Source: Chthoniobacterales bacterium
GTDB taxonomy: Bacteria > Verrucomicrobiota > Verrucomicrobiia > Chthoniobacterales > DYNR01
Assembly (NCBI GenBank): GCA_026418675.1
Contig: JAOAAX010000005.1
Span: 13,789 to 77,788 of the forward strand
DNA length: 64,000 nt
Reading direction: 5' to 3'
Positions 46,921 to 56,217 of the stretch are shown piece by piece. How positions within the stretch are numbered: position 1 is the stretch's first letter; every line of letters starts with the position of its first letter. A program made the translations under genes and the position numbers. The notes beneath the pieces are model-generated. The model saw only the letters and a list, made by a program, of their open reading frames with translations. It ran no database searches and had not been told where the DNA came from.

Positions 46921-47807
46921 GTAGCAAAGGCGTTACGTTTTTGCTTCGGCTTTCGAGCACTGTTGCTCTGTGGGTGCTAACGCTTATTGGGATTTTTTCG
47001 GGGCAGGAGGTTCTTTTTGCAGTTTTTATTGGTGGGGTGGGGTTGCTCGGGCTGTGGGAATATTTCCGGATGTTGCGGGTTGGCAACCTGCCAAGCTTTC
47101 CCACGACTGGGCTTGTTTGTGCAGCAGCGTTGCTATCAGGCAATTTCCTCTATTTGCGTGTCTATGGACCAGAAGCAGGCTTTGACTTCGAATTGGCTGT
47201 TTTGGTTTTTTTGATTGTCGCGGTTTTTGCACGGCAAATTTTTGCTCCAATTCGTGGGACTCATACCTTGGAAGCATTGGCAAATACGCTTTTCGGACTG
47301 TTCTATATCCCGTTTCTGTTTAATTTTTTGACTAAAACAGTATATTTGACACCCCGGCTGGAGAATGGCGCGCTTAGCGGTCAGTTTTATGTGCTCTATG
47401 TGGTGTGTGTTACGAAGTTTTCGGATATGGGAGCCTACGTTGTTGGGATGCTGTTTGGGCGACATCCGTGTGTGACGCATATAAGCCCGCGGAAGACATG
47501 GGAGGGGCTCGGTGGGGCAATTTTTGGCGCATTTTTAGGGAGTTTCTTGCTGTTTTTCTTGTTGCGGGAGCGGTTGGCGCTGTTGACGGTAGTGGATTTT
47601 GTGCTGTTGCCGCTGATGTTGGGAGCTGCGGCAATTGTCGGGGATCTGGCGGAATCGGTTTTGAAGCGTAGTGCTGGGATTAAGGATTCTGGGGGGGTTT
47701 TGCCCGGGATTGGGGGAGTTTTGGATTTGATAGATAGCGTGTTATTTACAGCGCCGATGTTTTATTTTTATCTTCGGCTGATAGCTGGAGCTGGGATGGA
47801 AGTATGA
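46917..47807 (+). CDS. cdsA: Phosphatidate cytidylyltransferase
   Basis: Multi-TM protein with GDLAESVLKRSAGIKDSGGVLPGIGGVLDLIDS, the CdsA signature with His->Ile and Arg->Leu substitutions. ATG at 46917; the ORF track start is 46839. Confidence 0.85.
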   Translation: MSSKGVTFLLRLSSTVALWVLTLIGIFSGQEVLFAVFIGGVGLLGLWEYFRMLRVGNLPSFPTTGLVCAAALLSGNFLYLRVYGPEAGFDFELAVLVFLIVAVFARQIFAPIRGTHTLEALANTLFGLFYIPFLFNFLTKTVYLTPRLENGALSGQFYVLYVVCVTKFSDMGAYVVGMLFGRHPCVTHISPRKTWEGLGGAIFGAFLGSFLLFFLLRERLALLTVVDFVLLPLMLGAAAIVGDLAESVLKRSAGIKDSGGVLPGIGGVLDLIDSVLFTAPMFYFYLRLIAGAGMEV

Positions 47808-48982
47808 ATCAGCAACGGAGGATTGTGTTGCTGGGTGCGACAGGATCGATTGGGCGGACGGTGCAGAAGGTTGTGCGATCGCTGCCGGAACGTTTGCGAA
47901 TTGTTGGGATTTCTGCGAATCGGGATGCGGAAGGGTTGCTTGCAGCAGCTGAGGAATTTCGGCCGGTTGCAGTATGTGCTGGAGAATGCGCGGGCAGGAT
48001 CAGTAATACTCGACTGCCTGCTGGTGTGCGGCTTTTGCGTGGTCAGCAGGGTTTAGTGGAGCTTGCGACGCTTCCCGAGGCTGATATTGTGTTGGTTTCG
48101 ATTGTAGGCACGGCGGGATTGGCTCCTGCGCTAGCGGCGATTCGAGCGGGGAAGGATTTGGCGATTGCCAGCAAGGAGATTCTGGTGATGGCTGGCTCGA
48201 TTGTGATGCGTGAAGCGGCTTTGCATGGGGTTAAGATTCTGCCCGTGGATAGTGAGCACAATGCGATTTTTCAGTGTTTGGAGGGGAAGGTGGGACAGCC
48301 GATTCGGCGTTTACTTTTGACGTGTTCTGGAGGGCCGTTTCGGCAGATGCCGGTTTGTGAGTTTGAGCATGTGACACCTGAGATGGCGCTCCAGCATCCG
48401 ACTTGGCAAATGGGGAAGAAAATCACGGTGGATTCTGCGACGCTTTTCAATAAGGGGCTAGAAATGATCGAAGCCCATTGGCTTTTTGGGGTGGAGATGG
48501 CGAGGATTGAGGTGGTGATTCATCCGCAAAGCATTATTCACTCGATGGTGGAATTTGCCGATGGGAGCATTTTAGCCCAAATGAGCCATACGGATATGGC
48601 GTTTCCGATTCAATATGCCTTGACGTATCCGGAACGGGTGGCGGGAATTTTGCCACCGTTGGATTTTGCCAAACTGGGGAAGCTTGAGTTTGATATTCCT
48701 CGGGAGGCGGATTTTCCCGCTTTGCGGCTAGCCCGGGAGGCTGGAACGCGGGGTGGAACGTTTCCGGCTGCGCTCAACGCGGCTAATGAAGTTGCTGTTG
48801 AGGCTTTTCTGCAGAATCGGATTCGCTTTCCGGCGATTTGGGAAATAGTTGAGGCGGTGTTGGAGAAGGTGGAGCCAGTTTTATCTCCTGAACTTGGAGA
48901 GATTCTAAGAGCTGATGCGAGAGCAAGGCAGTTGGCTGAAGAGCTAATCGCAGGGAGTCCGGGGGTAACATCGCCGAAGTGA
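47804..48982 (+). CDS. dxr: 1-deoxy-D-xylulose-5-phosphate reductoisomerase
   Basis: LLGATGSIGRT and PVDSEHNAIFQCL. ATGA overlap with cdsA. Confidence 0.95.
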   Translation: MNQQRRIVLLGATGSIGRTVQKVVRSLPERLRIVGISANRDAEGLLAAAEEFRPVAVCAGECAGRISNTRLPAGVRLLRGQQGLVELATLPEADIVLVSIVGTAGLAPALAAIRAGKDLAIASKEILVMAGSIVMREAALHGVKILPVDSEHNAIFQCLEGKVGQPIRRLLLTCSGGPFRQMPVCEFEHVTPEMALQHPTWQMGKKITVDSATLFNKGLEMIEAHWLFGVEMARIEVVIHPQSIIHSMVEFADGSILAQMSHTDMAFPIQYALTYPERVAGILPPLDFAKLGKLEFDIPREADFPALRLAREAGTRGGTFPAALNAANEVAVEAFLQNRIRFPAIWEIVEAVLEKVEPVLSPELGEILRADARARQLAEELIAGSPGVTSPK

Positions 48983-49068
48983 GTTCTCACGGAAGGGGGG
49001 CAAGAGGGCCAGGAAGGAACAAGGTGCTCTCCGGAAGGTGAGAGAAGGGGAGCTTTTCGGTTGTCGGG

Positions 49069-49097
49069 TTGACGTTTTCTGTTTTTTCGTTTAATTT
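49069..49097 (+). promoter_or_regulatory. Putative sigma70-like promoter for the small ORF at 49103
   Basis: TTGACG (49069-49074), a 17-nt spacer, then TAATTT (49092-49097). The -10 element ends only 5-8 nt before the GTG/ATG, so the transcript could be leaderless. Confidence 0.35.
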
Positions 49098-49102
49098 AAA
49101 AG

Positions 49103-49477
49103 GTGATGAATAACCAGCCCAAGATCAATCTTCCGTTAGCGAAACGTATTTATCTTCATGCCTACATGAGAGGGTTTCGGAAGGCATTTACAAAGGGTTT
49201 TGTGATGGGTTTCGAAAGGGGGTTCAAACAGGGGATTGACCAAAATGAATCAAACCCACCTTCTCATCGTAGTTCTGCTTCCGCTTTTCCAATAATGAAG
49301 CGGAAACTGAAGCAAAAAGCGTTGAAGTGGAAATTAATTGGGAAGATTGAGATGCTGGAGCAGTTGATGGGAATGAAGAAGACGAGGAATTTTTCGTTAA
49401 CGTCCCTGAGGGCGAAGGAACTAAAGCAGCGGTTGCAGCATCTCGAGAGTCTCTACAGGTTGGAATTCCAGCGCTAG
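49103..49477 (+). CDS. Small basic hypothetical protein with a GF-repeat
   Basis: RGFRKAFTKGFVMGFERGFKQG shows a four-residue GF periodicity, followed by a helical or coiled C-terminal half. No family recognised. Confidence 0.45.
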   Translation: MMNNQPKINLPLAKRIYLHAYMRGFRKAFTKGFVMGFERGFKQGIDQNESNPPSHRSSASAFPIMKRKLKQKALKWKLIGKIEMLEQLMGMKKTRNFSLTSLRAKELKQRLQHLESLYRLEFQR

Positions 49478-49606
49478 TTGACCGGCGAGGCGGGGTTTTT
49501 TATTCGAAGTCATTTGGAGGTTAGAAATTTAATTAATGGGGGCGAGCCTTCCGCGAACGAGCTGACAAGAGGAAAGGTGTCGTTTTTCTGGTGTGGGAGG
49601 TTTTTT

Positions 49607-49630
49607 TTGCAGAAAGGATTGCAGAAAGGA
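49607..49630. repeat. Perfect tandem duplication of a 12-mer
   Basis: ttgcagaaagga occurs twice (49607-49618 and 49619-49630), ending 5 nt upstream of the GTG at 49636. Confidence 0.9.
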
Positions 49631-49635
49631 ATTAG

Positions 49636-50583
49636 GTGCGGATGAAGATTGAGCGAGGAGAAGTTGTGGAGTGGGTGCAGCCGTTGCAGGGGAAGGTCGT
49701 TGGAGTTACTGGTGCAAGTGGCTTTCTGGGGAGGAGTGTTCGAAAGGCATTTCTAGCAGTTGGAGCGAAGGTTCTCCCTTTCTCCCGAAGACCAGCAAGG
49801 CTTGAGTGTTTCGCAGGCGAAGAGACTGCCCGGGAATTTCGAACGGATGGGAAGTTGGATTTTTCGGAGTGCCAAATTGTTCTGCACTTAGCAGGGGAGA
49901 ATGTTTTCGGAGTTTGGACACAGAAGAAGCGCCAGCGGATTTTGGAATCGCGGATTGAGGGGACGAGGGCAGTCGTAAGAGCTATTCAGAGGAGTGCACA
50001 GCCAGTTACTTTGATTTGTGCGAGTGCAACAGGCTTTTTTGGGGACCGAGGGGAGGAGGAATTGACCGAGGATAGTCCAAGGGGTAATGGGTTCCTGGCG
50101 GAAGTTTGCCAGCGCTGGGAGGCAGAAGCGCGGAAGGCGGAAGAAAACGGAGCGCGAGTTTGTATTGTTCGACTAGGGATGGTGTTGGGGAAAACCGGAG
50201 GGGCCTTTCCCATTCTGAGGAGTTTGTTTTGGTTTGGTTTGGGGGGGATGGTAGGCAGTGGGAAGCAGTGGATGCCGGCAGTGCATATTTTGGATGCGGT
50301 GCGAATTTTTTTGGCTTTGGCTGCGGATTTAAGGTTGTGCGGGGTGTTTAATGCGTCGGTTCCAAGTCCCTTTCGGAGTGAGGAGTTTGTTTGGGAGTTG
50401 GCTCGATTGCTTCGCCGGCCGGCGATTTTTCACCTACCGAGCTTTTTTGTGAGGATGGTATTGGGGGAATTGTCGGAGTTGATTCTGGCAAGTCAGAGGG
50501 TTTTTCCGAAGCGGCTTTTGGGAATTCCATTCGGGTTTGTTGCACCGAATCTGAAGGATTTGCTTCAGAAAGCCTTGGAGTGA
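49636..50583 (+). CDS. TIGR01777-type SDR (epimerase family protein with DUF1731 C-terminus)
   Basis: VGVTGASGFLGRSV, GKQWMPAVHILD, and the C-terminal ASQRVFPKRLLGIPFGF. Confidence 0.8.
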   Translation: MRMKIERGEVVEWVQPLQGKVVGVTGASGFLGRSVRKAFLAVGAKVLPFSRRPARLECFAGEETAREFRTDGKLDFSECQIVLHLAGENVFGVWTQKKRQRILESRIEGTRAVVRAIQRSAQPVTLICASATGFFGDRGEEELTEDSPRGNGFLAEVCQRWEAEARKAEENGARVCIVRLGMVLGKTGGAFPILRSLFWFGLGGMVGSGKQWMPAVHILDAVRIFLALAADLRLCGVFNASVPSPFRSEEFVWELARLLRRPAIFHLPSFFVRMVLGELSELILASQRVFPKRLLGIPFGFVAPNLKDLLQKALE

Positions 50584-50759
50584 GGGTAGTGTTGGCTTTT
50601 TGCAAATGGGACCAATTTTTTGAGGAACCTTTTGGGGTGATGGGGAGGTTTTCAGTTTTGGGAAGTAATTGGTTCGCGAGGTTGGAGGATGGTTTTTACG
50701 AAAATTTAAATTTTTGGAAATTGACGGTTCTGCGAGAGTTGAATTGAAATGAAAAATCT

Positions 50760-51644
50760 ATGCCGCCAGTGCCTACGAAAATTGCAATTGTTTATGATTA
50801 TGACCTGACTTTGAGTCCGCGCTACATGCAGGATGAAGCAATTTTCCCCCACTTCGGAGTGGACGCCGGAAAATTTTGGCAGAGGTGCTCAGAATTGGTT
50901 GAGCGCGAGGGCTTTGACTCGGAACTCGCTTACATGAAGAATCTCCTCGATACCCTACGGATTGACCGGCCAAGTAATGCGGACTTGCGAAAGCTCGGCG
51001 AAAAGTTGACTTTTTATCCAGGATTGCCGGAGATGTTCGAGGAGTTGGAGAGGGAAGCTCTCACGGAGGAACAGCGTTCGGTGGGGATCCATATCGAGCA
51101 CTATATTGTTTCATCGGGATTGAAAGCGTTGTTGGAAGGTTCAAGGTTGGCGAAGCACGTTCGCGCAATTTTTGGATGCGAGTTTGCTGAAGATGAGATG
51201 GGGCGAATTTGCTTTCCCAGCCGGGTGATCAGCCATACGCAGAAGACACAGTTTCTCTACCGGATTAATAAGGGATACTTGGATATGAGCCAGGATGTGA
51301 ATGACTTTGTGCCTGAGGAGGCGAGACCTGTGCCATTTTGCAATATGATCTACATAGGAGACGGGCCAACGGATATACCGTGTTTTACGGTTATGCAGCG
51401 GAATGGGGGACATGCAATTGCCGTCTATAATCCGGAGGACCCGACGAGGCGAAGTTTCCGGAAATGTTTTGAGTTGGCTGTGCATGCGCAGCGCGTGCGG
51501 TGCTTTGCGCCGTCGGATTATCGCGCTGGGTCTCAATTGCGGTTGATTCTTGAAGAGTTTATTCAAGAGATTGCCGGAAGGATCCTTGGACGGATGAAGG
51601 AGGAAACAGGGGCGCTTTTGGTGCGGGCTCCGGGTCATCGGTGA
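50760..51644 (+). CDS. HAD superfamily hydrolase-like protein
   Basis: Motif I VYDYDLTL (DxDxT) and motif IV YIGDGPTDIPCF. Confidence 0.7.
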   Translation: MPPVPTKIAIVYDYDLTLSPRYMQDEAIFPHFGVDAGKFWQRCSELVEREGFDSELAYMKNLLDTLRIDRPSNADLRKLGEKLTFYPGLPEMFEELEREALTEEQRSVGIHIEHYIVSSGLKALLEGSRLAKHVRAIFGCEFAEDEMGRICFPSRVISHTQKTQFLYRINKGYLDMSQDVNDFVPEEARPVPFCNMIYIGDGPTDIPCFTVMQRNGGHAIAVYNPEDPTRRSFRKCFELAVHAQRVRCFAPSDYRAGSQLRLILEEFIQEIAGRILGRMKEETGALLVRAPGHR

Positions 51645-51655
51645 GGGGCGAGGTG

Positions 51656-53524
51656 CTAGATTTTGTCGAGGTTTTTAATTTTCTGTTCGAGCTCGAGGGT
51701 GGAGTGAGCTTTGTTTCTTCGGAGGAGGAAGAGGGCTAGGAGAATGGCTGCGAGACAGAGGAGCAGGAAAAGCCAAATCCACGGGAAGGGTTTGGGAGCG
51801 GGGGGGAGGTCGGTTTCGGCAGAAAAGAGGTCGGAAGTGGAGATTAGGTAGTTATGAGTGTTGAAGACGGCCACGCGAAAGAAGATGCGCACACCAGGTG
51901 GGAGAGAGTGGATAAGGGCGCAGACGCGATTGTCGGTTGTAGGGGCTATTTCTGCATTGGGGATTTTTTGCCAAACGATGTTCGGAGGGTTGCCAGGGGT
52001 GATTTCAACGGAGCGAACCTGAAGTTCGATTCGGCCGCCGGTGGGGATACTCTGTTGCCAATCCATTAGGATGGAATTAGTAGTGATTGCGAGGATGCGG
52101 AAATTTTGGAGTTGAAAATCTGTTTTTTGGGAATTTAGCGGTTGGAGTTCTCCGAGAAGGAAGGGGTTGTGAGGGGGTGGAGTTGGATGTGGGGAGGAAG
52201 CGTCGGCAAATGCATTTTGGGTGGGGAAAGTTGGGGGTGCGGGGGGAGGTGCTGTTGCCTGGACATGGATAGTGAGGGGTTCTTCAGAACCGTGGATATG
52301 GATTTTGCCTTCGTGAAGACCAACATGGGTGGGGTCGAAGGAGAGGTGTATTTCTTTGGTTTCTTGTGGTTGGAGGAGAAGGTCAGAAGGACCATGGACA
52401 GGTAGCCATGATGGGGTTTGAATGGAGATTTGAGCTGGTGCGCCCCCGGAATTACGAAGGGAAAAGGTGAGTGTGGTGGAATTTTGTGGAAAAACTTGTC
52501 CGAAATTTAGGTTTTGTGAAGGAAGGACGTGGATGATTGGAGGTGACGGGAGGAGGTGAAAAGGGATGCGAAGGGAATGATTAAGTGCGGTAAGGGTTAT
52601 GTTGCCCGTGCTTTCTGCTCCGGAGCTGCAGGCGGCTTCTATTTCGAGGAATTTGTCTGAATATGGAGGAATGAGGAGGGTGCTTGTAGAGCGGAGGACA
52701 GGTGGGAGTTCGACTTCGAATGAGAGGGAGGATGGAGTCCTGTTTTCGATAAGGAGTTTGGCTTTTCCGTTTGGTTGAGGGATGGTGAGTTCCCTTGGGG
52801 TTACGCGGAAAGGAAGTTTGGCGTTGGCTTTTACGAGGGTTTGGGCTGAAGGGTCATGGGAGAAGCGGATGGAACCGAGGAATTCTTCTTCGGTTTTTGG
52901 TTCATAAAATACCTGTAAGTCGTAAAAACTTTTGGGGGGAATGCGGATTTGTTGGGTTGTGGGGAGGAGAAAGGGGGGGTCGGCGGAAGGTGTGGTTACG
53001 AAAGGGGAACCGCCGTGGTTTTCTATGCGCAAAAATGCCGTGAGATTGGAGCCGACATAGACAACACCAAGGTCAAGGGAGTTAGGAATGATAGGTTCAG
53101 GAGGGCGTTGGACTATGTGAATTGTGACTTTTGCAGGTGCTGAGACGGGACTTTTAGGAGATTTGACGGCGTAGAGGAATTCATCGGTGCCACTTGGAGC
53201 AGGTTTCTGGTGGGTGTAGGTGATGAGGGCTTTTCCGGGTTCGATGGAGCGAAGATTTTGGAGTTTACCGAATTTGGGCTTGGTGCGAAGAAGGAAGATG
53301 GCTTCTTTGGCATCACGGCCTATGGCTTCAAGGGCAATGTCCACAGTTTCTCCAAGATAGACTTTTGCTTGAATGGATTGAGGGAAGGGAGGGGGAGGGT
53401 CGAGTTCGGCTTCCTTTTTTCCGGCATAGGTGAGGTGGCAAAAGAGAAAGAGGAAAAACGATAGGAGGGAAGTTCTGAGAAAGCTGAGTTGCGATACGCG
53501 GAGCGGTGTGGTTTGAAGGAGCAT
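51656..53524 (-). CDS. Surface-anchored hypothetical protein with Ig-like or Fn3-like beta repeats
   Basis: Signal peptide (LLSFFLFLFCHLTYA). Repeated beta-strand-rich segments with Pro-rich linkers. C-terminal TM anchor WIWLFLLLCLAAILLALFLL followed by RRNK. Confidence 0.55.
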   Translation of the reverse strand: MLLQTTPLRVSQLSFLRTSLLSFFLFLFCHLTYAGKKEAELDPPPPFPQSIQAKVYLGETVDIALEAIGRDAKEAIFLLRTKPKFGKLQNLRSIEPGKALITYTHQKPAPSGTDEFLYAVKSPKSPVSAPAKVTIHIVQRPPEPIIPNSLDLGVVYVGSNLTAFLRIENHGGSPFVTTPSADPPFLLPTTQQIRIPPKSFYDLQVFYEPKTEEEFLGSIRFSHDPSAQTLVKANAKLPFRVTPRELTIPQPNGKAKLLIENRTPSSLSFEVELPPVLRSTSTLLIPPYSDKFLEIEAACSSGAESTGNITLTALNHSLRIPFHLLPSPPIIHVLPSQNLNFGQVFPQNSTTLTFSLRNSGGAPAQISIQTPSWLPVHGPSDLLLQPQETKEIHLSFDPTHVGLHEGKIHIHGSEEPLTIHVQATAPPPAPPTFPTQNAFADASSPHPTPPPHNPFLLGELQPLNSQKTDFQLQNFRILAITTNSILMDWQQSIPTGGRIELQVRSVEITPGNPPNIVWQKIPNAEIAPTTDNRVCALIHSLPPGVRIFFRVAVFNTHNYLISTSDLFSAETDLPPAPKPFPWIWLFLLLCLAAILLALFLLRRNKAHSTLELEQKIKNLDKI

Positions 53525-53700
53525 TTTTTTGGTAATAAAATGGGGAAGTGGAGGAGATCAAGGTTTAGGGCATAAGTGACAATGAGAGGAGGTAGGAGAA
53601 GATTCGTGGTCGTAGGCGAAGTGATAGGATGAGCACGAAGTTAGAAGCGAATTTTTTGGGGATGGAAAGGGATAAACGTGTGTGGTAGGGAAAAAAAGCA

Positions 53701-54177
53701 ATGAGTTCCAGACGGTATCGCCCAAACGTGGCATTAATTTTGGAGCGAGAGGTAAGTTTTCTTGGCACGGAGGTATTGATCGGCGAGAGATCAGACATGC
53801 CAGGGACATGGCAATTTCCTCAGGGAGGAGCGAAGCCAGGAGAGTCTTTGCTCGATGCCCTCGCCAGAGAGGTTGAAGAGGAGATTGGCTTGAAGCCTGA
53901 TGCTTATTTTATATTAAAGCAACTCGGCCCTTACCGTTATGATTTTCCACAGGGAAAGATTAAGGAGGGTTTTGGAGGACAGGAGCAAACGTATTTCCTT
54001 GCAAGGCTTAAGGAACCGAATTTATTTCAGCTTGAAGGAGAAATACACAGCGAGGAGTTTTTGCGACTGCGGTGGGTGAAGCCTAAAGATTTTGAGTTGA
54101 GTTGGGTAGCACCGTTTAAACGTGAAGTTTATCGCCAGCTTTTTTCCGATTTGTGGCAAATCGAGTTAAAAGCTTAA
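53701..54177 (+). CDS. rppH: RNA pyrophosphohydrolase-like NUDIX hydrolase
   Basis: YRPNVALIL N-terminus and the Nudix box GGAKPGESLLDALAREVEEEIGL. Confidence 0.8.
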   Translation: MSSRRYRPNVALILEREVSFLGTEVLIGERSDMPGTWQFPQGGAKPGESLLDALAREVEEEIGLKPDAYFILKQLGPYRYDFPQGKIKEGFGGQEQTYFLARLKEPNLFQLEGEIHSEEFLRLRWVKPKDFELSWVAPFKREVYRQLFSDLWQIELKA

Positions 54178-54194
54178 AGGCAAATAATTGAATT

Positions 54195-55346
54195 TTGGAA
54201 GCGGTCTTGAAAATCTTGGTGATTTGTTACGAGCATCCGCCAGTTGGAGGGGGAGGGGGACGCGTTGCGTCGCAAATCGCACAGGCTCTCGCAAAACGGG
54301 GACATGAAGTTGGTTACTTGACGGGGAATGTTGGAAAAAGAGGGAAGGAATTGTTGCCAACGGAAGAAGTGATAGATGGAGTTCGGGTTTGGCGAGTCGC
54401 AACGAACCGGAGAACCGTTGACACATGTAGTGTGCCGGAAATGTTTTTTTATTTGGTTTATAGTCTTTTTCCTGCTATTCAGAGGATTAGGGCATGGAAG
54501 CCGGATATTGTGCACGCCCATTTCGCTGTGCCTAGTGGAGCGGTGGCTTTTGCTGCGGCAGTTTTTTCCCGTGTGCCTTATGTTTTAACGGTTCATTTGG
54601 GGGATGTTCCTGGTGGGGTTCCAGAACAGACGGACAAGCTTTTCCGTTTTTTGAAACCGTTTACCGTTCCGATATGGCGGTGTGCAAAAGGAGTTACAGC
54701 GGTGAGTAGTTATGTAGCGACGTTGACAGAAAAAGCGTATGGGTCTCGGCCAGAAGTAATTCCGAATGGAGTTGCGATGGAACCTGTTAGAGAAATTTCT
54801 GCTATTTCCGATCCCGTGAGACTGCTCTGGGTAGGGAGAATGAGCGTGCAGAAGAATCCACTGTTAGCCCTAGAAGCTCTTGCGCATATCAGGGAGGAAA
54901 ACTGGAAGTTGGAAATGGTCGGAGATGGGCCCCTTCGCCGAAATGCTGAAAATTTTGCTGAGCAAATGGGGATAGCGTCAAAGGTTTGTTTTCACGGTTG
55001 GCTTGAAAGTAGTGAGGTTTGGCGTTTGCAGCGGGAGTGTCCCATTTTATTGCTTACTTCTTTGCATGAAGGGATGCCAATGGTAGCTGTGGAAGGCTTA
55101 ATGGCAGGCATGGCCATCCTTTCTACATGCATACCAGGTGTTGAAGATGTCGTCGAAGACGATTGGAATGGACGCAAAATGCCTTTTCATCCAGATTTAA
55201 TTGGAAATGAAATTATAAGCTTGCTTCGAGATCCGAAGAGATTGTTTTTTTACAGAACAAATAGTCAAAAAAAAGCGAGGGAATTCTCTTTGGAGAGGGT
55301 TGTGGAAAAATACGAATTTATTTTGACTAAAAAATCGAAGAAATAA
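54195..55346 (+). CDS. Glycosyltransferase family 4 (GT-B)
   Basis: ILVICYEHPPVGGGGGRVASQIAQALAKRGHEV and the EX7E region SLHEGMPMVAVEGLMAG. TTG start. Confidence 0.82.
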   Translation: MEAVLKILVICYEHPPVGGGGGRVASQIAQALAKRGHEVGYLTGNVGKRGKELLPTEEVIDGVRVWRVATNRRTVDTCSVPEMFFYLVYSLFPAIQRIRAWKPDIVHAHFAVPSGAVAFAAAVFSRVPYVLTVHLGDVPGGVPEQTDKLFRFLKPFTVPIWRCAKGVTAVSSYVATLTEKAYGSRPEVIPNGVAMEPVREISAISDPVRLLWVGRMSVQKNPLLALEALAHIREENWKLEMVGDGPLRRNAENFAEQMGIASKVCFHGWLESSEVWRLQRECPILLLTSLHEGMPMVAVEGLMAGMAILSTCIPGVEDVVEDDWNGRKMPFHPDLIGNEIISLLRDPKRLFFYRTNSQKKAREFSLERVVEKYEFILTKKSKK

Positions 55347-55360
55347 TTTGAAGTTGATTT

Positions 55361-56200
55361 ATGTATAAAGGAAATAAACAACAAGGGAAGAAGCAAGGAC
55401 GAATAGAAAGAAAATTTGAAGAATTGCGGGAAAGTGGGCAATCAGCGCTTGTAGTTTATATAACGGGCGGAGACCCGGATGTTAAAAGATCTTTTGCCGT
55501 AGCTGGTGCAGTTGAGGAAGCCGGTGGGGATATATTGGAGCTTGGTATTCCGTTTTCGGATCCTTTGGCAGATGGACCGGTGATACAAGCAGCAAGCACA
55601 CGGGCATTGCGTGCGGGGACGACGGTAGAGTTGCTGTTGGAAGGGTTGCGAGAGTTTCGACGCCATTCAGAAATTCCCGTTGTTTTATTCACTTACTTGA
55701 ACCCTATTTTTGTTTATGGAATGGAACGCTTTTTTATGGATGCTGAGGAGGCAGGAGCCGATGGGGTTTTGATCCTGGACTTGCCGCCAGAGGAGGAGAG
55801 ACAAATGGGAGGGGAGCTTCGGTTTGGAGGATTGCGAAGAATTCGCCTTGTGGCGCCAACTACGACGGAGGAGAGAATTAAAAGGATTTGTCAGAAAGCA
55901 GATGGGTTTGTCTATTATGTATCGCGAGAGGGGGTAACAGGAGAGCGTGAGGATTTGGCAGCGGGTCTTGGGGAGAGGATTTCGTTGCTAAAACAGTATG
56001 CCCGGGTGCCGATTTGCGTTGGGTTTGGTATTTCTAGTTCAGAGCAAGTTGCAGCAGTTGCGCGTGTGGCAGATGGCGTTGTAGTGGGAAGTGCGGTTGT
56101 GAGAAGAGTGGAAGAATTTGGCTGTTCTACAAATTTGGAGGGAGAAATCCGGAAATTTATCACGCCGCTTGCAAAGGCTGCGCATGAGAAATCTTTCTAG
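55361..56200 (+). CDS. trpA: Tryptophan synthase alpha chain
   Basis: LELGIPFSDPLADGPVIQ and GFGISSSEQV. No trpB is adjacent. Confidence 0.93.
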   Translation: MYKGNKQQGKKQGRIERKFEELRESGQSALVVYITGGDPDVKRSFAVAGAVEEAGGDILELGIPFSDPLADGPVIQAASTRALRAGTTVELLLEGLREFRRHSEIPVVLFTYLNPIFVYGMERFFMDAEEAGADGVLILDLPPEEERQMGGELRFGGLRRIRLVAPTTTEERIKRICQKADGFVYYVSREGVTGEREDLAAGLGERISLLKQYARVPICVGFGISSSEQVAAVARVADGVVVGSAVVRRVEEFGCSTNLEGEIRKFITPLAKAAHEKSF

Positions 56201-56217
56201 AAAAACAATCAAGGGAA

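Noticed and set aside
55361-56200. trpA without adjacent trpB, considered as a possible unusual stand-alone alpha subunit.
   Set aside because: Dispersed trp genes are frequent in many phyla. The protein has all normal TrpA motifs, and nothing in the sequence suggests a new function.
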